Assembly (NCBI GenBank): GCA_963720755.1
Contig: CAVRGP010000006.1
Coordinates: forward strand, 192,001 to 256,000
DNA: 64,000 nt
Source of the DNA: an uncultured Chloroflexia bacterium
GTDB taxonomy: Bacteria; Chloroflexota; Limnocylindria; Limnocylindrales; CSP1-4
Reading direction: 5' to 3'
Below are positions 9,700-19,996 of this stretch, piece after piece. Position 1 is the stretch's first letter. Each line of letters begins with the position of its first letter. Under the pieces are notes generated by a model. That model was given only the letters and a program-made list of their open reading frames with translations, had not been told where the DNA came from and ran no database searches. Both the position numbers and the translations under genes were made by a program.

Positions 9700-11456
9700 G
9701 ACAGCGGGAGCACGGCCCGGACCGTCGTTCCGACACCTGCTGGGCTGGAGACGGCGAGCGTGCCTCCGACAGCCTGTGCTCGATCGATCAGCCCGTGCAG
9801 GCCGGTCCCGCCCGCTCCGACGTCGGCACCGCCGTGCCCGTCGTCGGCGACCTCGAGTTGCAGGGCGTCATCCTCGACGCGCCCGTGGATGGTCACCCTT
9901 GTCGCGTCGGCGTGCCGCAGGACGTTCGTGAGGGCTTCGGAGACGATCAGGTAGGCCGTCGTCTCGATCGGATCGGGAAGGCGCCGGTCATCGATCCGGA
10001 CATCGACCGGGAGTGGGAAACGATCCGCCAACTCACGCACGGCCGGCGCGATCCCGCCCTCGATGAGGGCGGTCGGATGGATCCCACGGGCCAGCGCACG
10101 GAGGTCGCGAAGTCCGTCCTCCAGTTCACGACTCGCCTCGTCCAGGATGCGCCCAAGCTCCGGATCGGCTTCGGCGCGTCGGTTCGCCCGTCGTAGGGTG
10201 AACCCGAGGGCGACGAGTCGCTGCTGCGCGCCATCATGAAGATCCCGCTCGAGCCTTCGCCGCTCCTCGTCCGTCGCTTCGACGAGCCGTGCCCTGGACG
10301 CGCGGACTTCCTCGAGCTGCGCTCGCAACTCCGCCGCCAACCGCTCGTTCTCGAGGGCCAGTCTCGATGCCGCCGCCGCGCTGTCCACGAGGACCTGGTC
10401 TGCAGCAGGGTCATGGATCAGGACCGCGATCGTGCCATCGGCTCCCTCGATCCGAGTGATGTCCCGTTGGTCACTCTCATCGGGCATGGCGATCGCCCGG
10501 CCCGTCGGATCGACGTATCCGCCTCCGTCTGGCGACGGGAACCCCAGTCGAAGGGTTGGATCGTGGACGGCCCGGGCGAGCACGGCCTCGAGATCGCCGG
10601 TCTTCACGCGATCGAGGTCGACCACGAGTTCGGCGATGGACCCACGTTCGAGCCGGGTCTGGAGCAGGCCGATCAGGAACGCGATCGGCAGCAGGAAGTT
10701 GGAGAGCTGCGCGATTGGACCCGTCGACGCCGCGAACAAGGCGTCCGAACCGGTGGCCTGCGCCACGAAGAACGTCCCGACGACGACCAGGGTGATCGGG
10801 CTGACCCAGAAGACAGGGGCCAGCGCCCGTCGGGCCGCGGGGGTCCCGCGCCTCCAGCGATCGAGGACCGTCAGGACGACCAGGACGGACAGGATGAGCG
10901 CACCGAGGTTCGCGACGACGCCGACGGTGTCGGCGAGTCCCTCGTTGGGCCAAAGGAGCAATGGGTTCCCGAATGGCCAGGTCGGCGGGTACGGCTCGAT
11001 GAGCCGTTGGCTGACGGTCGTCAGGAAGAACCAGGCGTAGGCGGCCATGACCAGGCGCCGGGACCAGCCAGCGGTCCTCCCCTCTGGAAAGGCGAGGTAC
11101 ACGTTGGCGAGGACGACTGTCCCGAAGAGGACCCACATGTTGCCGATGGTCCAGACGAGCGCGTCGCCCCCATCCCAGCTCAGGAAGTTGATCGTGCCCG
11201 CGAAACCCATCAAGATCACGAGTGGGCCGACCCGGTTGCCAGGTCGCGAGTACCACATGACCAGCCCCACCGCGATGGTGAACAGGTTCGCAGCGAGCTG
11301 AACGAACCAATGTCCGTCGCCGTTGTCGCCGTTGTCGGCATTCGCTGCCATGAGCGCGAGGCAGATCGCCCCGACGAGGACGCCGGCCGTGACGACCGCC
11401 GCGATGGCGACGGGGCTCGGGCGTCCTGGTGCTACCCGGTCAAGAGTCACCGACAC
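9696..11456 (-). CDS. Membrane sensor histidine kinase (HisKA_3 type)
   Basis: About 7 TM helices; '[17 protein letters not shown]' H-box, '[10 protein letters not shown]', 'DDGHGG', 'GTGLHG'; ATGA overlap with the regulator. Confidence 0.93.
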   Translation of the reverse strand: MSVTLDRVAPGRPSPVAIAAVVTAGVLVGAICLALMAANADNGDNGDGHWFVQLAANLFTIAVGLVMWYSRPGNRVGPLVILMGFAGTINFLSWDGGDALVWTIGNMWVLFGTVVLANVYLAFPEGRTAGWSRRLVMAAYAWFFLTTVSQRLIEPYPPTWPFGNPLLLWPNEGLADTVGVVANLGALILSVLVVLTVLDRWRRGTPAARRALAPVFWVSPITLVVVGTFFVAQATGSDALFAASTGPIAQLSNFLLPIAFLIGLLQTRLERGSIAELVVDLDRVKTGDLEAVLARAVHDPTLRLGFPSPDGGGYVDPTGRAIAMPDESDQRDITRIEGADGTIAVLIHDPAADQVLVDSAAAASRLALENERLAAELRAQLEEVRASRARLVEATDEERRRLERDLHDGAQQRLVALGFTLRRANRRAEADPELGRILDEASRELEDGLRDLRALARGIHPTALIEGGIAPAVRELADRFPLPVDVRIDDRRLPDPIETTAYLIVSEALTNVLRHADATRVTIHGRVEDDALQLEVADDGHGGADVGAGGTGLHGLIDRAQAVGGTLAVSSPAGVGTTVRAVLPLS

Positions 11457-11644
11457 CTGCCCGACCCCGATCGTTCAGCCGACATGCCGGTCATCGTGCC
11501 ATCAGGGTCAAGGCGGAACCACGGTGCAGACCCTTGGGATCGACGGGTGTCGTATTGGGGTCCGCACTGGCGACTCCGGATCACCGCGGCCGGAGACTCC
11601 TGATCGGAGGTCGCGTCCAGCGACCGTAGAGTGGGAGGCGACCG

Positions 11645-11875
11645 ATGGGCACGAGGATCGTCCGAGTCGCAGGTCCTTCGCAAGGCGAACAACGTGCCCG
11701 ACGTCCGTTCGACCCAGCCGGGACCACACTCATGGTCGTCATCTCCGCGTCGGTCCTCGCGGCATCCGTGATGATCGCGTCGCTCTCGGCCGGCGCCGGT
11801 CAGGGGCAGAGTCTCAGCGCAGGGCCGCCTCCGCAGCCTGGGCCCGCCCCGACGTTGTCGACGCCCGCGCCGTAG
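11645..11875 (+). CDS. Small hypothetical single-TM protein
   Basis: GGGAGG SD before the ATG; one hydrophobic helix and a Pro-rich tail; fills an otherwise empty gap. Confidence 0.5.
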   Translation: MGTRIVRVAGPSQGEQRARRPFDPAGTTLMVVISASVLAASVMIASLSAGAGQGQSLSAGPPPQPGPAPTLSTPAP

Positions 11876-11906
11876 AAAGGGCCAGCGGCTCGCCACTCCG
11901 AAAACC

Positions 11907-11949
11907 CCGTAGTTCCTCCGTGGTTCGCGGCTGGTCGTCACCGTACCGT
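11907..11949 (+). promoter_or_regulatory. Candidate activator-binding direct repeat and -10 element
   Basis: CCGTAGTT (11907-11914) and CCGTGGTT (11918-11925), 11-bp period, then TACCGT (11944-11949) 18 bp downstream. Confidence 0.4.
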
Positions 11950-11998
11950 CGAGTCACCGCTGCGATCCGCACCGGCTGAAGCCCGGAAGGAGGCCCGC

Positions 11999-12682
11999 TT
12001 GACGGCCATATCCAATCCCGCGCAGTCAAGTCCCGTGTCGCGTGACGCGGATACGACCGCGATCCAGTTCGGCGAGGCGTTCGTGAACGCGCTCGCCGCG
12101 AAGGACTTCAACGCGATCGAGGCGCTTTTCGCGCCGTTGTCGCGATTCCGGGCTCTGACGCCCAATGCCGTCCGCGAAGCGACGACCGCGGCAGGCGCTC
12201 GTCACTGGCTGGAGGGCTGGTTCGGGATGGCGGATCGGAACGAACCCATCGCGGCGCGCGCCGAGATGGTCGCCGACGTCCTCCATGTCGCGTACCGCAT
12301 CCTCCAGCACGAGAACGGAACCTGGTATCTCGTGGACCAACAGATCTTCGCCTCGCTCGAGGGGTTCGGAGTGACCGACGTGGCGCTCCTGTGTTCCGGG
12401 TTCCGCAGGGTCGAGGTCAGCGAAGTTCCATCCGCCGGGGCCTATCCCGTCGATGCTCAATTCGATGCGCTGGGGGCGAGCTGCGCCACCCTGACGCCGC
12501 GAATCCGGGACGCGGTCCAGCGCCTCGAACCCGGCCAGGTGCTGGAGATCGTGACCGACGACCCGACCGCCGGTGACGGACTCACCGCATGGACGCGGAT
12601 GACCGGCAACGAGCTCATCGACATGACCGTTGCATCCGACGGCTCCGACCACTTCTTCGTGCGGCGCGGTGCCGCGCGTTGA
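11999..12682 (+). CDS. SnoaL/NTF2-like domain fused to TusA/SirA-like sulfur carrier domain
   Basis: AAGGAGG SD before TTG; N-terminal 'FVNALAAKDFNAIEALFAP'; C-terminal 'DALGASC...RLEPGQVLEIVTDDP.A...L.AW.RMTGNEL'. Confidence 0.8.
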   Translation: MTAISNPAQSSPVSRDADTTAIQFGEAFVNALAAKDFNAIEALFAPLSRFRALTPNAVREATTAAGARHWLEGWFGMADRNEPIAARAEMVADVLHVAYRILQHENGTWYLVDQQIFASLEGFGVTDVALLCSGFRRVEVSEVPSAGAYPVDAQFDALGASCATLTPRIRDAVQRLEPGQVLEIVTDDPTAGDGLTAWTRMTGNELIDMTVASDGSDHFFVRRGAAR

Positions 12683-12720
12683 CTGACCGATCCATCATTC
12701 GAACTCGACAGGAGAAGAAC

Positions 12721-13080
12721 GTGAACACCATCCTCATCAACGCCACGCATGGTCCCGAAGATCCGGAACGAGCGACACTCGCATTCGTGGTAGCGAATGT
12801 AGCCGCGACCGCGGACCAGGATGCGATCGTGCTCCTCACCATCGACGGCGCCTGGCTCGCCGTCCGCGGCCGATCCGACGACGTGGCGCACGACGGGCTC
12901 CCGCCGCTCAGCGACGTGATGACCCAGTTCGTCGCGGCCGGCGGCCGGATCTGGGCGTGCGGGGCATGCACGAAGCCGAGAGGGATCCAGCCCGATGACA
13001 TCGTCGATGGAGCGTCGATCGTGACCGCGGCCCAGGTCGTTGAGGTCCTCGCCGCGGGTGCGGCATCGCTGACGTTCTGA
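12721..13080 (+). CDS. DsrE/DsrF-like family protein
   Basis: AGGAG SD before GTG 12721; 'THGPEDPERATLAF', 'LTIDG', 'GGRIWACGAC.KPRGI'. Confidence 0.88.
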   Translation: MNTILINATHGPEDPERATLAFVVANVAATADQDAIVLLTIDGAWLAVRGRSDDVAHDGLPPLSDVMTQFVAAGGRIWACGACTKPRGIQPDDIVDGASIVTAAQVVEVLAAGAASLTF

Positions 13081-13136
13081 GTCAGTGGGGTACCGTGTCG
13101 CGGTGGGAGCGCGGCGAACGTGAGGCGGCACTCGCC

Positions 13137-16025
13137 ATGAGCCGATCGCGGCTCGTCGGCCGGGTGGATGAGGCTGGCCGTCTACAGCAGGCGCTTCGGT
13201 CTGCCCAACGGCGGCGAGGCGGTCTCGTCCTGGTCGCCGGTGACGCCGGTATCGGGAAGACCGAGCTCATCGAATCCATCGTCAGCCGGTCGGCCGCGAT
13301 CGTGCTGCGTGGGGCCGCCCGTTCCGAGGCCACGCCGCCGCTCGGTCCGCTGATCGCCGCGATCCGGTCGCATCCCGACTGGCCCGGGATCGCGGAGGCC
13401 CTCGATCGCTCCGGGCGGGTGCAGCTCCGTGACCTGATCCCTGAGGCGGCTCCGTCGGATATGTCGGGCACCGAAAGCCACCCGGCGGGCGGGCGACCTC
13501 CCAACGAGATCGCATCCGTCTGTCGGCTGCTCATCGCGATGTCACGAGTCGACCCGCTGACCCTCGTCCTCGACGACCTCCAGTGGGTCGACCACGCATC
13601 GGTCGAACTGTTGATGACGCTCGCTGGTGCGATCGAGCACGAGCATGTCCTCGTCATCGGTGCCTATCGCACGGATGAGCTGGTTCGGTCCAGTCCCATT
13701 CGCCGACTCCGGGTCGGGTTGCGACGGATCGGCCGGTTCACGGAGATCAACCTCAGCGGGCTCGACGGCGATCAGATAGTCGAGCTGTCGAGCGACCTTC
13801 TCGGAGCTTCGCCGGACCGCCTTCTGGCACAGCGGCTCATCGACCAGAGCCAGGGCGTGCCCCTGTATGTCGAAGAACTCGTCGGAGCCCTCCGAACGAC
13901 CGGCGCGGTGACCCTCGTGGACGGCGTCGCGACATTGGCCCGCGACGACCTTCCGATCCCGGATTCGCTTCGCGACAGCGTGCTCGTTCGAATCGATGGA
14001 CTCGCTTCGCGCACGCGCGAAGCGCTCGGCGTGGCCGCCCTCATCGGGGAGCATGCTCCGGAGTCACTCGTCGACGACCTGGTACCGGGAGCCGGCGATT
14101 GGCCTCGCGCCGGGAGGGAGACCGGGATCCTCCGCGGAGCGGTCGGCAACCAGATCGCCTTCCGCCACTCGCTCGTCCGCGAGATCCTCGCGGATGATCT
14201 GCCATCCCCGGAGCGTCGCACCTATCACCGCCGACTCGCATCCATCCTCGCCGAGCGGGCCGGTGATCCGCTGGAGATCGCCGCCCATTGGCTGGCTACC
14301 GATGAGCCGAGTCGGGCGGTCGCATGGCTCGTCGAGGCGGGCGACGGATCGTGTCGCGTCCACGCGTATCGAGACGCGGCGACGGCGTTCCGTCGGGCAC
14401 TCGACGAAGACCGGGGGACGTTGCCGGATCGCGTGACGATCCTCGAGCGGCTGGCCGAGTGCAGTGAACTGGCTGGTGAGCCCGCCGAGGCTGCTCGAAC
14501 CTGGCTGGCTGCTGCGACGATGCGACAAGCGGCGGGCGAGCATGCCGAGTCGGCGCAGGATCAACGGCGCCGCGCTCGAGCGCTCGAGGTCCAGGGGCGC
14601 TGGCAACGGGCGACCGATGCGCGTCTCGCTGCGGCCGACCAGTTCGCCGTGTCTGGTGCCGCTGCCGACGCGGCCATCGAACGTCTCGCCGTCGCGAGTC
14701 ACTTGCGATCGGCGGCGAGTTTCACCGCAGCCCTCGAGGTCCTCGCCCTCGCCCGCCACGACGCCACGGCGGCCGATCGCATCGATCTCGAGATCCGGGT
14801 GGCCGGCCAGGAGGGAAACGTTCTCGCCAGGTTGGGCCAGACGGAGGTCGGCCTGGCGCTTCTGCGCGACGGGTTGGCCCGCGCGCTGGACCACGGTGCC
14901 ACCGAAGCCGCCGCCGAGCTGTATCAACGACTGGCCGACGCGCTCGAGCACGACGGGCAGCGAGTATCGGCACGGGACGCCTACACGGAGGGAGCAGCCT
15001 TTTGCCGAGCAAAGGCGATCGAGGACACCGCGCTCCTGTGCATGGCCTGCATGTCGGTGGTGCTCTGGCAGACCGGCGACTGGCCGGCTGCCGAGCGGGT
15101 CTGCCGCGAGGTCGTCGCCTCGACCGATGCCACACTTCACGCCAGAGCTGTCGCCGAGGGTGTGTTGGGTCTCGTTTCCGCTGTCCGAGGTCGTCCTGGG
15201 CGAGCGCGACCGCATCTCGAGGCGTGCCTGGCGATCGGCCGACGGATCGAACTCGTGGCGATGGAGTTGCTGGCGACCTGGGGTCTGGCGATCACGGATC
15301 GGATCGAGGGCGATGATGCCGCGGCCGAGGAGCGGTGCCGCGACCTGCTGGTGCTCTGGGATCAGACGGAAGAACGCCATTTCGTGGTGCCCGCCCTGCG
15401 CTGGGCGGCCGGCTTTCACGCGCAGCGACGCGATCCGGCATCGGTACGTGCCTGCGCCAGTGCACTCTCCCGGATCGCTGCGCAAACGGGCCAGCGAGAG
15501 GCGGTGGCATCACTCGGCTTCGCGCTTGGCGAGGCGGCCGCCGTCGAGGGCAACCACGCCGGCGCGGTGACCCACCTCGCCCGAGCGCTACAGGCGATCT
15601 CCGACGACGACCTCCCGCTCGAGCGAGCGGAGATCGGGCGACGGTACGGACTCGAGCTCGTCGCCGTGGGCGAACGAGATGAGGGCCTTCGAACGTTGGC
15701 GATCGCAGCACGGACCGCGCGGCGTATCGGCGCGGCACCGCTGGCCGAGACCATCGCGGCCGACGTCGAACGACTTGGGGAATCCATCGAGCGACGCCTC
15801 GGGCGGCGCGAGGCACGGCGGTTGGCCGACGGCGGTCTCACCCAGCGCGAGATCGAAACCCTGCGGCTCGTCGCCGGCGGCATGACGAGCCGCGAGATCG
15901 GCGAGGCGCTGTTCATCAGCACAAGGACCGTGGAGATGCACGTCGGCAGTGCCCTCACGAAGCTTGATTGCCGAACGCGGGCGGAAGCCGTCCAGCGCGT
16001 CGGATCCCTCGGCCTGCTCGCCTGA
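13137..16025 (+). CDS. Large AAA-ATPase/TPR/LuxR transcriptional regulator (MalT/LAL type)
   Basis: P-loop 'GDAGIGKT', 'LDDLQWVD', 'SQGVPLYVEE', C-terminal LuxR HTH 'LTQREIETLRLVAGGMTSREIG'. Confidence 0.92.
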   Translation: MSRSRLVGRVDEAGRLQQALRSAQRRRGGLVLVAGDAGIGKTELIESIVSRSAAIVLRGAARSEATPPLGPLIAAIRSHPDWPGIAEALDRSGRVQLRDLIPEAAPSDMSGTESHPAGGRPPNEIASVCRLLIAMSRVDPLTLVLDDLQWVDHASVELLMTLAGAIEHEHVLVIGAYRTDELVRSSPIRRLRVGLRRIGRFTEINLSGLDGDQIVELSSDLLGASPDRLLAQRLIDQSQGVPLYVEELVGALRTTGAVTLVDGVATLARDDLPIPDSLRDSVLVRIDGLASRTREALGVAALIGEHAPESLVDDLVPGAGDWPRAGRETGILRGAVGNQIAFRHSLVREILADDLPSPERRTYHRRLASILAERAGDPLEIAAHWLATDEPSRAVAWLVEAGDGSCRVHAYRDAATAFRRALDEDRGTLPDRVTILERLAECSELAGEPAEAARTWLAAATMRQAAGEHAESAQDQRRRARALEVQGRWQRATDARLAAADQFAVSGAAADAAIERLAVASHLRSAASFTAALEVLALARHDATAADRIDLEIRVAGQEGNVLARLGQTEVGLALLRDGLARALDHGATEAAAELYQRLADALEHDGQRVSARDAYTEGAAFCRAKAIEDTALLCMACMSVVLWQTGDWPAAERVCREVVASTDATLHARAVAEGVLGLVSAVRGRPGRARPHLEACLAIGRRIELVAMELLATWGLAITDRIEGDDAAAEERCRDLLVLWDQTEERHFVVPALRWAAGFHAQRRDPASVRACASALSRIAAQTGQREAVASLGFALGEAAAVEGNHAGAVTHLARALQAISDDDLPLERAEIGRRYGLELVAVGERDEGLRTLAIAARTARRIGAAPLAETIAADVERLGESIERRLGRREARRLADGGLTQREIETLRLVAGGMTSREIGEALFISTRTVEMHVGSALTKLDCRTRAEAVQRVGSLGLLA

Positions 16026-16104
16026 CGAGGACCTGACTGGTCGACGGCGCTGCAGGCGGATCCGAGGGCGGCCGGGCCATGCTCGGGATCCGGCCGGTGG
16101 ATCA

Positions 16105-17643
16105 TCATCGGGGAGAGATCGACGGAGCGGCCGTCATCCGCACCGCGTTCCACGAGTACCCGGGTAGTTCGACGGTCAGGCGGCGTCCTGCAACGCTCGC
16201 GCCATCGACCTGGATCGGCACGACCCAGTCCGGGCGCGCGGCCGTGTTCGATGCCCGGAGTTCGTGTGCGCACAGGGCGCGATGCTCATCGACGGTCAGG
16301 CGATCGAAACCGCGGAGATCCGCCTCCAGCATGAGGGGGCGCTCGAGACGGTTCACGGCGAAGACCGTCAGGCCACCGGTCCTGGGATCGTGGATCGCCG
16401 TGGCCTCGATCGCGGGGATCGCCGTGTCCCCGTCAACGACGTACGTGGGGCCATCGAGGGTCACGTCAAGGACCGTCCCGCCCTCGGATCGCGCGACATC
16501 CGCGAATGGGTAGGCGGATGTTTGGAGCCAGGCAGGGCCGCCGTTGATCGTGCGGATCGGGGCGATGACGTTGACCAGCTGGGCCAGGCAGGCGATCCGG
16601 ACCCGATCGGCATGGCGCAGCAGGCTGATCAGCAGGCATCCGACCACGAGGGCGTCAGCCAGGTCTTGCTCGTCTTCAGCCAGCGCCGGAGCGCGGCGGA
16701 ACGGGCCATCGGGATCCACTCGACCCTCGCGTTCCAGGTGCTCGGCCAGGTGCCACACGTTCCATTCGTCCACGCTCAGGCCGATCCGTCGATCGCTGCC
16801 CTTTTGTTCGGCGACGGCGTCGGCGATCGCAGCAACCGTATCGAGCATCTGGTCGAGCTCCCTTGAGCAGGCCAGGAACGCACCGATCGTTTCGTAGGCG
16901 GCCGGATCGTAGTAGCCGTGCACGGACAGGTAGTCGGTCTCGTTCCAGGCGAGATCGAGAACGGTCCGCTCCCACGCACCGAAGGTCGGCATGCCCGCCC
17001 CGGAACTGCCGCACGTGACCAGCTCGATCGAGGGGTCCACCCGTCGCATCGCGGCGCCCGTCTCCGCAGCCAGTCGGCCGTACGCCTCGGCCGTCTTGTG
17101 GCCGATCTGCCAGGGTCCGTCCATCTCGTTGCCCAGGCACCAGGTCCGAACCGCGTAGGGTTGTGGGTGTCCGTTGCGCACGCGACGGTCCGCGTACGGC
17201 GTCCCGACCGGGCCATTCACGTACTCCACGAGGTCCCGTGCGGCCCCCGGCCCCCGCGTGCCGAGGTTCACCACCAACATCGGCTGCGCGTTCGCCTGCC
17301 GTGCCCACTCGATGAAGTCGTCGGTCCCCACAAGGTTGGGCTCGATCGAATGCCAGGCCCGATCCAGCCGCTCCGGCCTCTCCGGTAGCGGGCCGATCCC
17401 GTCCTCCCAGTCGTATCCCGACACGAAGTTGCCGCCCGGATACCGGATCAGCGACACGCCAAGCCGCCGGACGAGACCGAGCACGTCGCCTCGCCATCCG
17501 TCGACATCGGCGGTGGGATGACCGGGCTCGTAGATCCCGCCGTAGATCGCCCGGCCCATGTGTTCGACGAAGGAGCCGAACAGACGCCGGTCGATGACGC
17601 CGACCTGCTCCACCGCATCGATGACCGCGCGCGTATCAGCCAA
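16105..17643 (-). CDS. abfA: Alpha-L-arabinofuranosidase, GH51
   Basis: 'FGSFVEHMGRAIYGGIY', 'RYPGGNFVSGY', 'WCLGNEMDGPWQIG', 'DEWNVW', 'AQLVN'. Confidence 0.95.
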   Translation of the reverse strand: MADTRAVIDAVEQVGVIDRRLFGSFVEHMGRAIYGGIYEPGHPTADVDGWRGDVLGLVRRLGVSLIRYPGGNFVSGYDWEDGIGPLPERPERLDRAWHSIEPNLVGTDDFIEWARQANAQPMLVVNLGTRGPGAARDLVEYVNGPVGTPYADRRVRNGHPQPYAVRTWCLGNEMDGPWQIGHKTAEAYGRLAAETGAAMRRVDPSIELVTCGSSGAGMPTFGAWERTVLDLAWNETDYLSVHGYYDPAAYETIGAFLACSRELDQMLDTVAAIADAVAEQKGSDRRIGLSVDEWNVWHLAEHLEREGRVDPDGPFRRAPALAEDEQDLADALVVGCLLISLLRHADRVRIACLAQLVNVIAPIRTINGGPAWLQTSAYPFADVARSEGGTVLDVTLDGPTYVVDGDTAIPAIEATAIHDPRTGGLTVFAVNRLERPLMLEADLRGFDRLTVDEHRALCAHELRASNTAARPDWVVPIQVDGASVAGRRLTVELPGYSWNAVRMTAAPSISPR

Positions 17644-19996
17644 TGGCGGTCGTCGTCAGGTAGCGGTGCCGATCAACGAGCTCGACCACCGGTCCGACCA
17701 GGGTCAGGGTCGTCGTCAGCGGCAGATCCGCCGATGAGCTCCCGGCGTAGACCGTGATGGTGCCTGGCTCGATGACCCGCCGGTGATCGACGGCGGTATA
17801 AGCGAGCTGCTCGACCGACACCTGGAATGAGACTGAGCGCGATTCCCCGGGCTCGAGACTGACTCGACCGAACCCGATGAGCTCAAGGACCGGCCGGGCG
17901 ACGCTCGCTTCGATATCACGCACATACACCTGCACGACCTCGTCGCCCCGACGGTCGCCCGTGTTGGTGACCTCGACCGTCGCCACGATCTCTCCGCCGG
18001 CCGTGGCGACCTCGTCCTGATCCAGCCGCAGGCTCGACATCTCGAACGTCGTGTACGAGCGTCCGTATCCGAACGGCCACAGGGGCGTCGTCGGGCCATC
18101 CACGTATGGCCCCTTGGGATTCGATCGCCCGCCGGTGGGGTGGTGACGGTACGAGAGGGGGATCTGGCCGACGTGACGCGGGATCGAGATCGGCAACTTG
18201 CCGCCCGGGTTCTCCGCCCCGACGAGGACGTCGACGATCGCTTCGGGCCCCGCATCGCCGGGCACCCATGCCAGGAGGATGGCTGCGCAGTGCTCGGCGG
18301 CCCAGTCGATCGCCAGGGGACGACCGCTGACCACGATCAGGACGACCGGCGTGCCGGTCGCGACCACGCGTTCGAGCAGCTCCTGCTGACGGCCCATGAA
18401 CCCGAGGCTGTGCCGGTCGCGGAACTCGCCGGTCGTCGAGTCCTCCGTCAGGCCGGATCGCTCGCCGAGGACGACGATCGCGACATCGGCGGCGCGAGCG
18501 ATCCGCACGGCTTCGTCGATGTCGGTGTCGGTTCCGTCCCGGATCCCCGTCCCGGGCGTGTACTCGACCTGCGCTTCGCTGAAACGTCCCCGGATGACAT
18601 CGAGGATCGTCTGCCGCCCGCTCAGCTCGTCGACCGCCAGGACTTCATCGTCGAGCGGGAACCCGAAGGCATTGCCCTGGTGGCGCATCTCGGCAAGCGT
18701 CTCGATGTGGAGCAGGTGGGCGTAGTCCCCGAGCAGGTCGCGAGCGCTGTCGGCGATCGGCCCGATGACCGCGATCGATCCCGCGCCGGCGGCCAACGGA
18801 AGCGTCCCGTCGTTCTCAACGAGGACCATCGATCGTCTGGCCAGCATCCGTGCGATCCGGGCCTCCTCGGCGGCCAGCGTGGCCATCGCGTCCGGGTCGA
18901 GCGCCGGGACATACGGCCGATCGAACAGGCCGAGCCGGAACTTCAGGCGCAGGACCCGTCGGACGGCCGTGTCCACAACGTCCAGGTCGATGCGCCCAGC
19001 GCTCAGTGCCTCGAGCAGCGGGGCGCCGTAGGCGGCGGTCTTCGGTAGCTCACTGTCGACCCCGGCATCGAGGCTGAGCCCGGCCGCCACGCCCAGGTCG
19101 GCGGTCAGGCGGTGCTGGGTGGACAGCATCTGGATGGCGGTGTAGTCGGACACGACGATCCCGTCGAACCCCCAGCGGTCGCGCAGGATCGTGGTCAGCA
19201 ACGCTCGCGAGGCGTGGCACGGCACGCCATCCACCTCGCAGTAGGCCGGCATGATGCTCGCCAGGCCAGCGGTCCGGACCGCAGCCTCGAACGGCAGCAG
19301 CTGCTCGTCCTGCAGCTCGCGCGGCCCGATGTGGACCGGCGCCTGGTTGAGCCCGCCCTCTGCCAGCCCATGCCCGACGAGGTGCTTGCCCGTGGCGACG
19401 ACGCCCTCAGTGAGATCGGATCCCTGGAGGCCTCGGACGTACGCGCAGCCCAGCTCGGTCGCCAGGTATGGGTCTTCGCCGTAGGTCTCCTCGATCCGGC
19501 CCCAGCGCGGGTCACGGGTGACGTCGAGGACCGGACCGAGCGCCTGCCGGGCGCCCGTCGCCAGCATGCGTTTTCGGAGCGTCGCGGCCATCTGCTCGAC
19601 CAGGCCCGGGTCCCAGGCCGCGGCGGCACCGATCGACTGCTGGAACGACGGTGCACTGCGGGCGAGGAGGCCGTGGAGGGTCTCCTCATGGAAGATCGCC
19701 GGGATCCCCAGCCTCGTTTCCTCGACCAGGAAATCCTGGACTTCGTTGGCGGCGGTCGCGACGTCGGGAGCCTCCAGGTTCGTGGCACCGGCGATGCGCG
19801 TGATCTGACCGATGCCCGCGTTGAGGAGCGTCCGTGCCCGGTCGGCGTCGAGGATCCCATCCTTGACGACCTCGAACGACCAGATCGACCCGAGCTGCGC
19901 AGCCTTCTCGTCGACGGTCATTCGAGCCAGCAGGTCCTCGACCCGCGCCTCGATGGGCAATTCTGCCTCCAGGTAGGGAGCCCGCGTCACCGTCAT
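17636..19996 (-). CDS. GH3 beta-xylosidase/beta-glucosidase with C-terminal Fn3-like domain
   Basis: 'RDPRWGRIEETYGEDP', 'KHLVG', 'GIVVSDY', 'FGYGRSYTTF'; start ATG 19996 overlaps the permease stop; no signal peptide. Confidence 0.93.
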   Translation of the reverse strand: MTVTRAPYLEAELPIEARVEDLLARMTVDEKAAQLGSIWSFEVVKDGILDADRARTLLNAGIGQITRIAGATNLEAPDVATAANEVQDFLVEETRLGIPAIFHEETLHGLLARSAPSFQQSIGAAAAWDPGLVEQMAATLRKRMLATGARQALGPVLDVTRDPRWGRIEETYGEDPYLATELGCAYVRGLQGSDLTEGVVATGKHLVGHGLAEGGLNQAPVHIGPRELQDEQLLPFEAAVRTAGLASIMPAYCEVDGVPCHASRALLTTILRDRWGFDGIVVSDYTAIQMLSTQHRLTADLGVAAGLSLDAGVDSELPKTAAYGAPLLEALSAGRIDLDVVDTAVRRVLRLKFRLGLFDRPYVPALDPDAMATLAAEEARIARMLARRSMVLVENDGTLPLAAGAGSIAVIGPIADSARDLLGDYAHLLHIETLAEMRHQGNAFGFPLDDEVLAVDELSGRQTILDVIRGRFSEAQVEYTPGTGIRDGTDTDIDEAVRIARAADVAIVVLGERSGLTEDSTTGEFRDRHSLGFMGRQQELLERVVATGTPVVLIVVSGRPLAIDWAAEHCAAILLAWVPGDAGPEAIVDVLVGAENPGGKLPISIPRHVGQIPLSYRHHPTGGRSNPKGPYVDGPTTPLWPFGYGRSYTTFEMSSLRLDQDEVATAGGEIVATVEVTNTGDRRGDEVVQVYVRDIEASVARPVLELIGFGRVSLEPGESRSVSFQVSVEQLAYTAVDHRRVIEPGTITVYAGSSSADLPLTTTLTLVGPVVELVDRHRYLTTTAIG

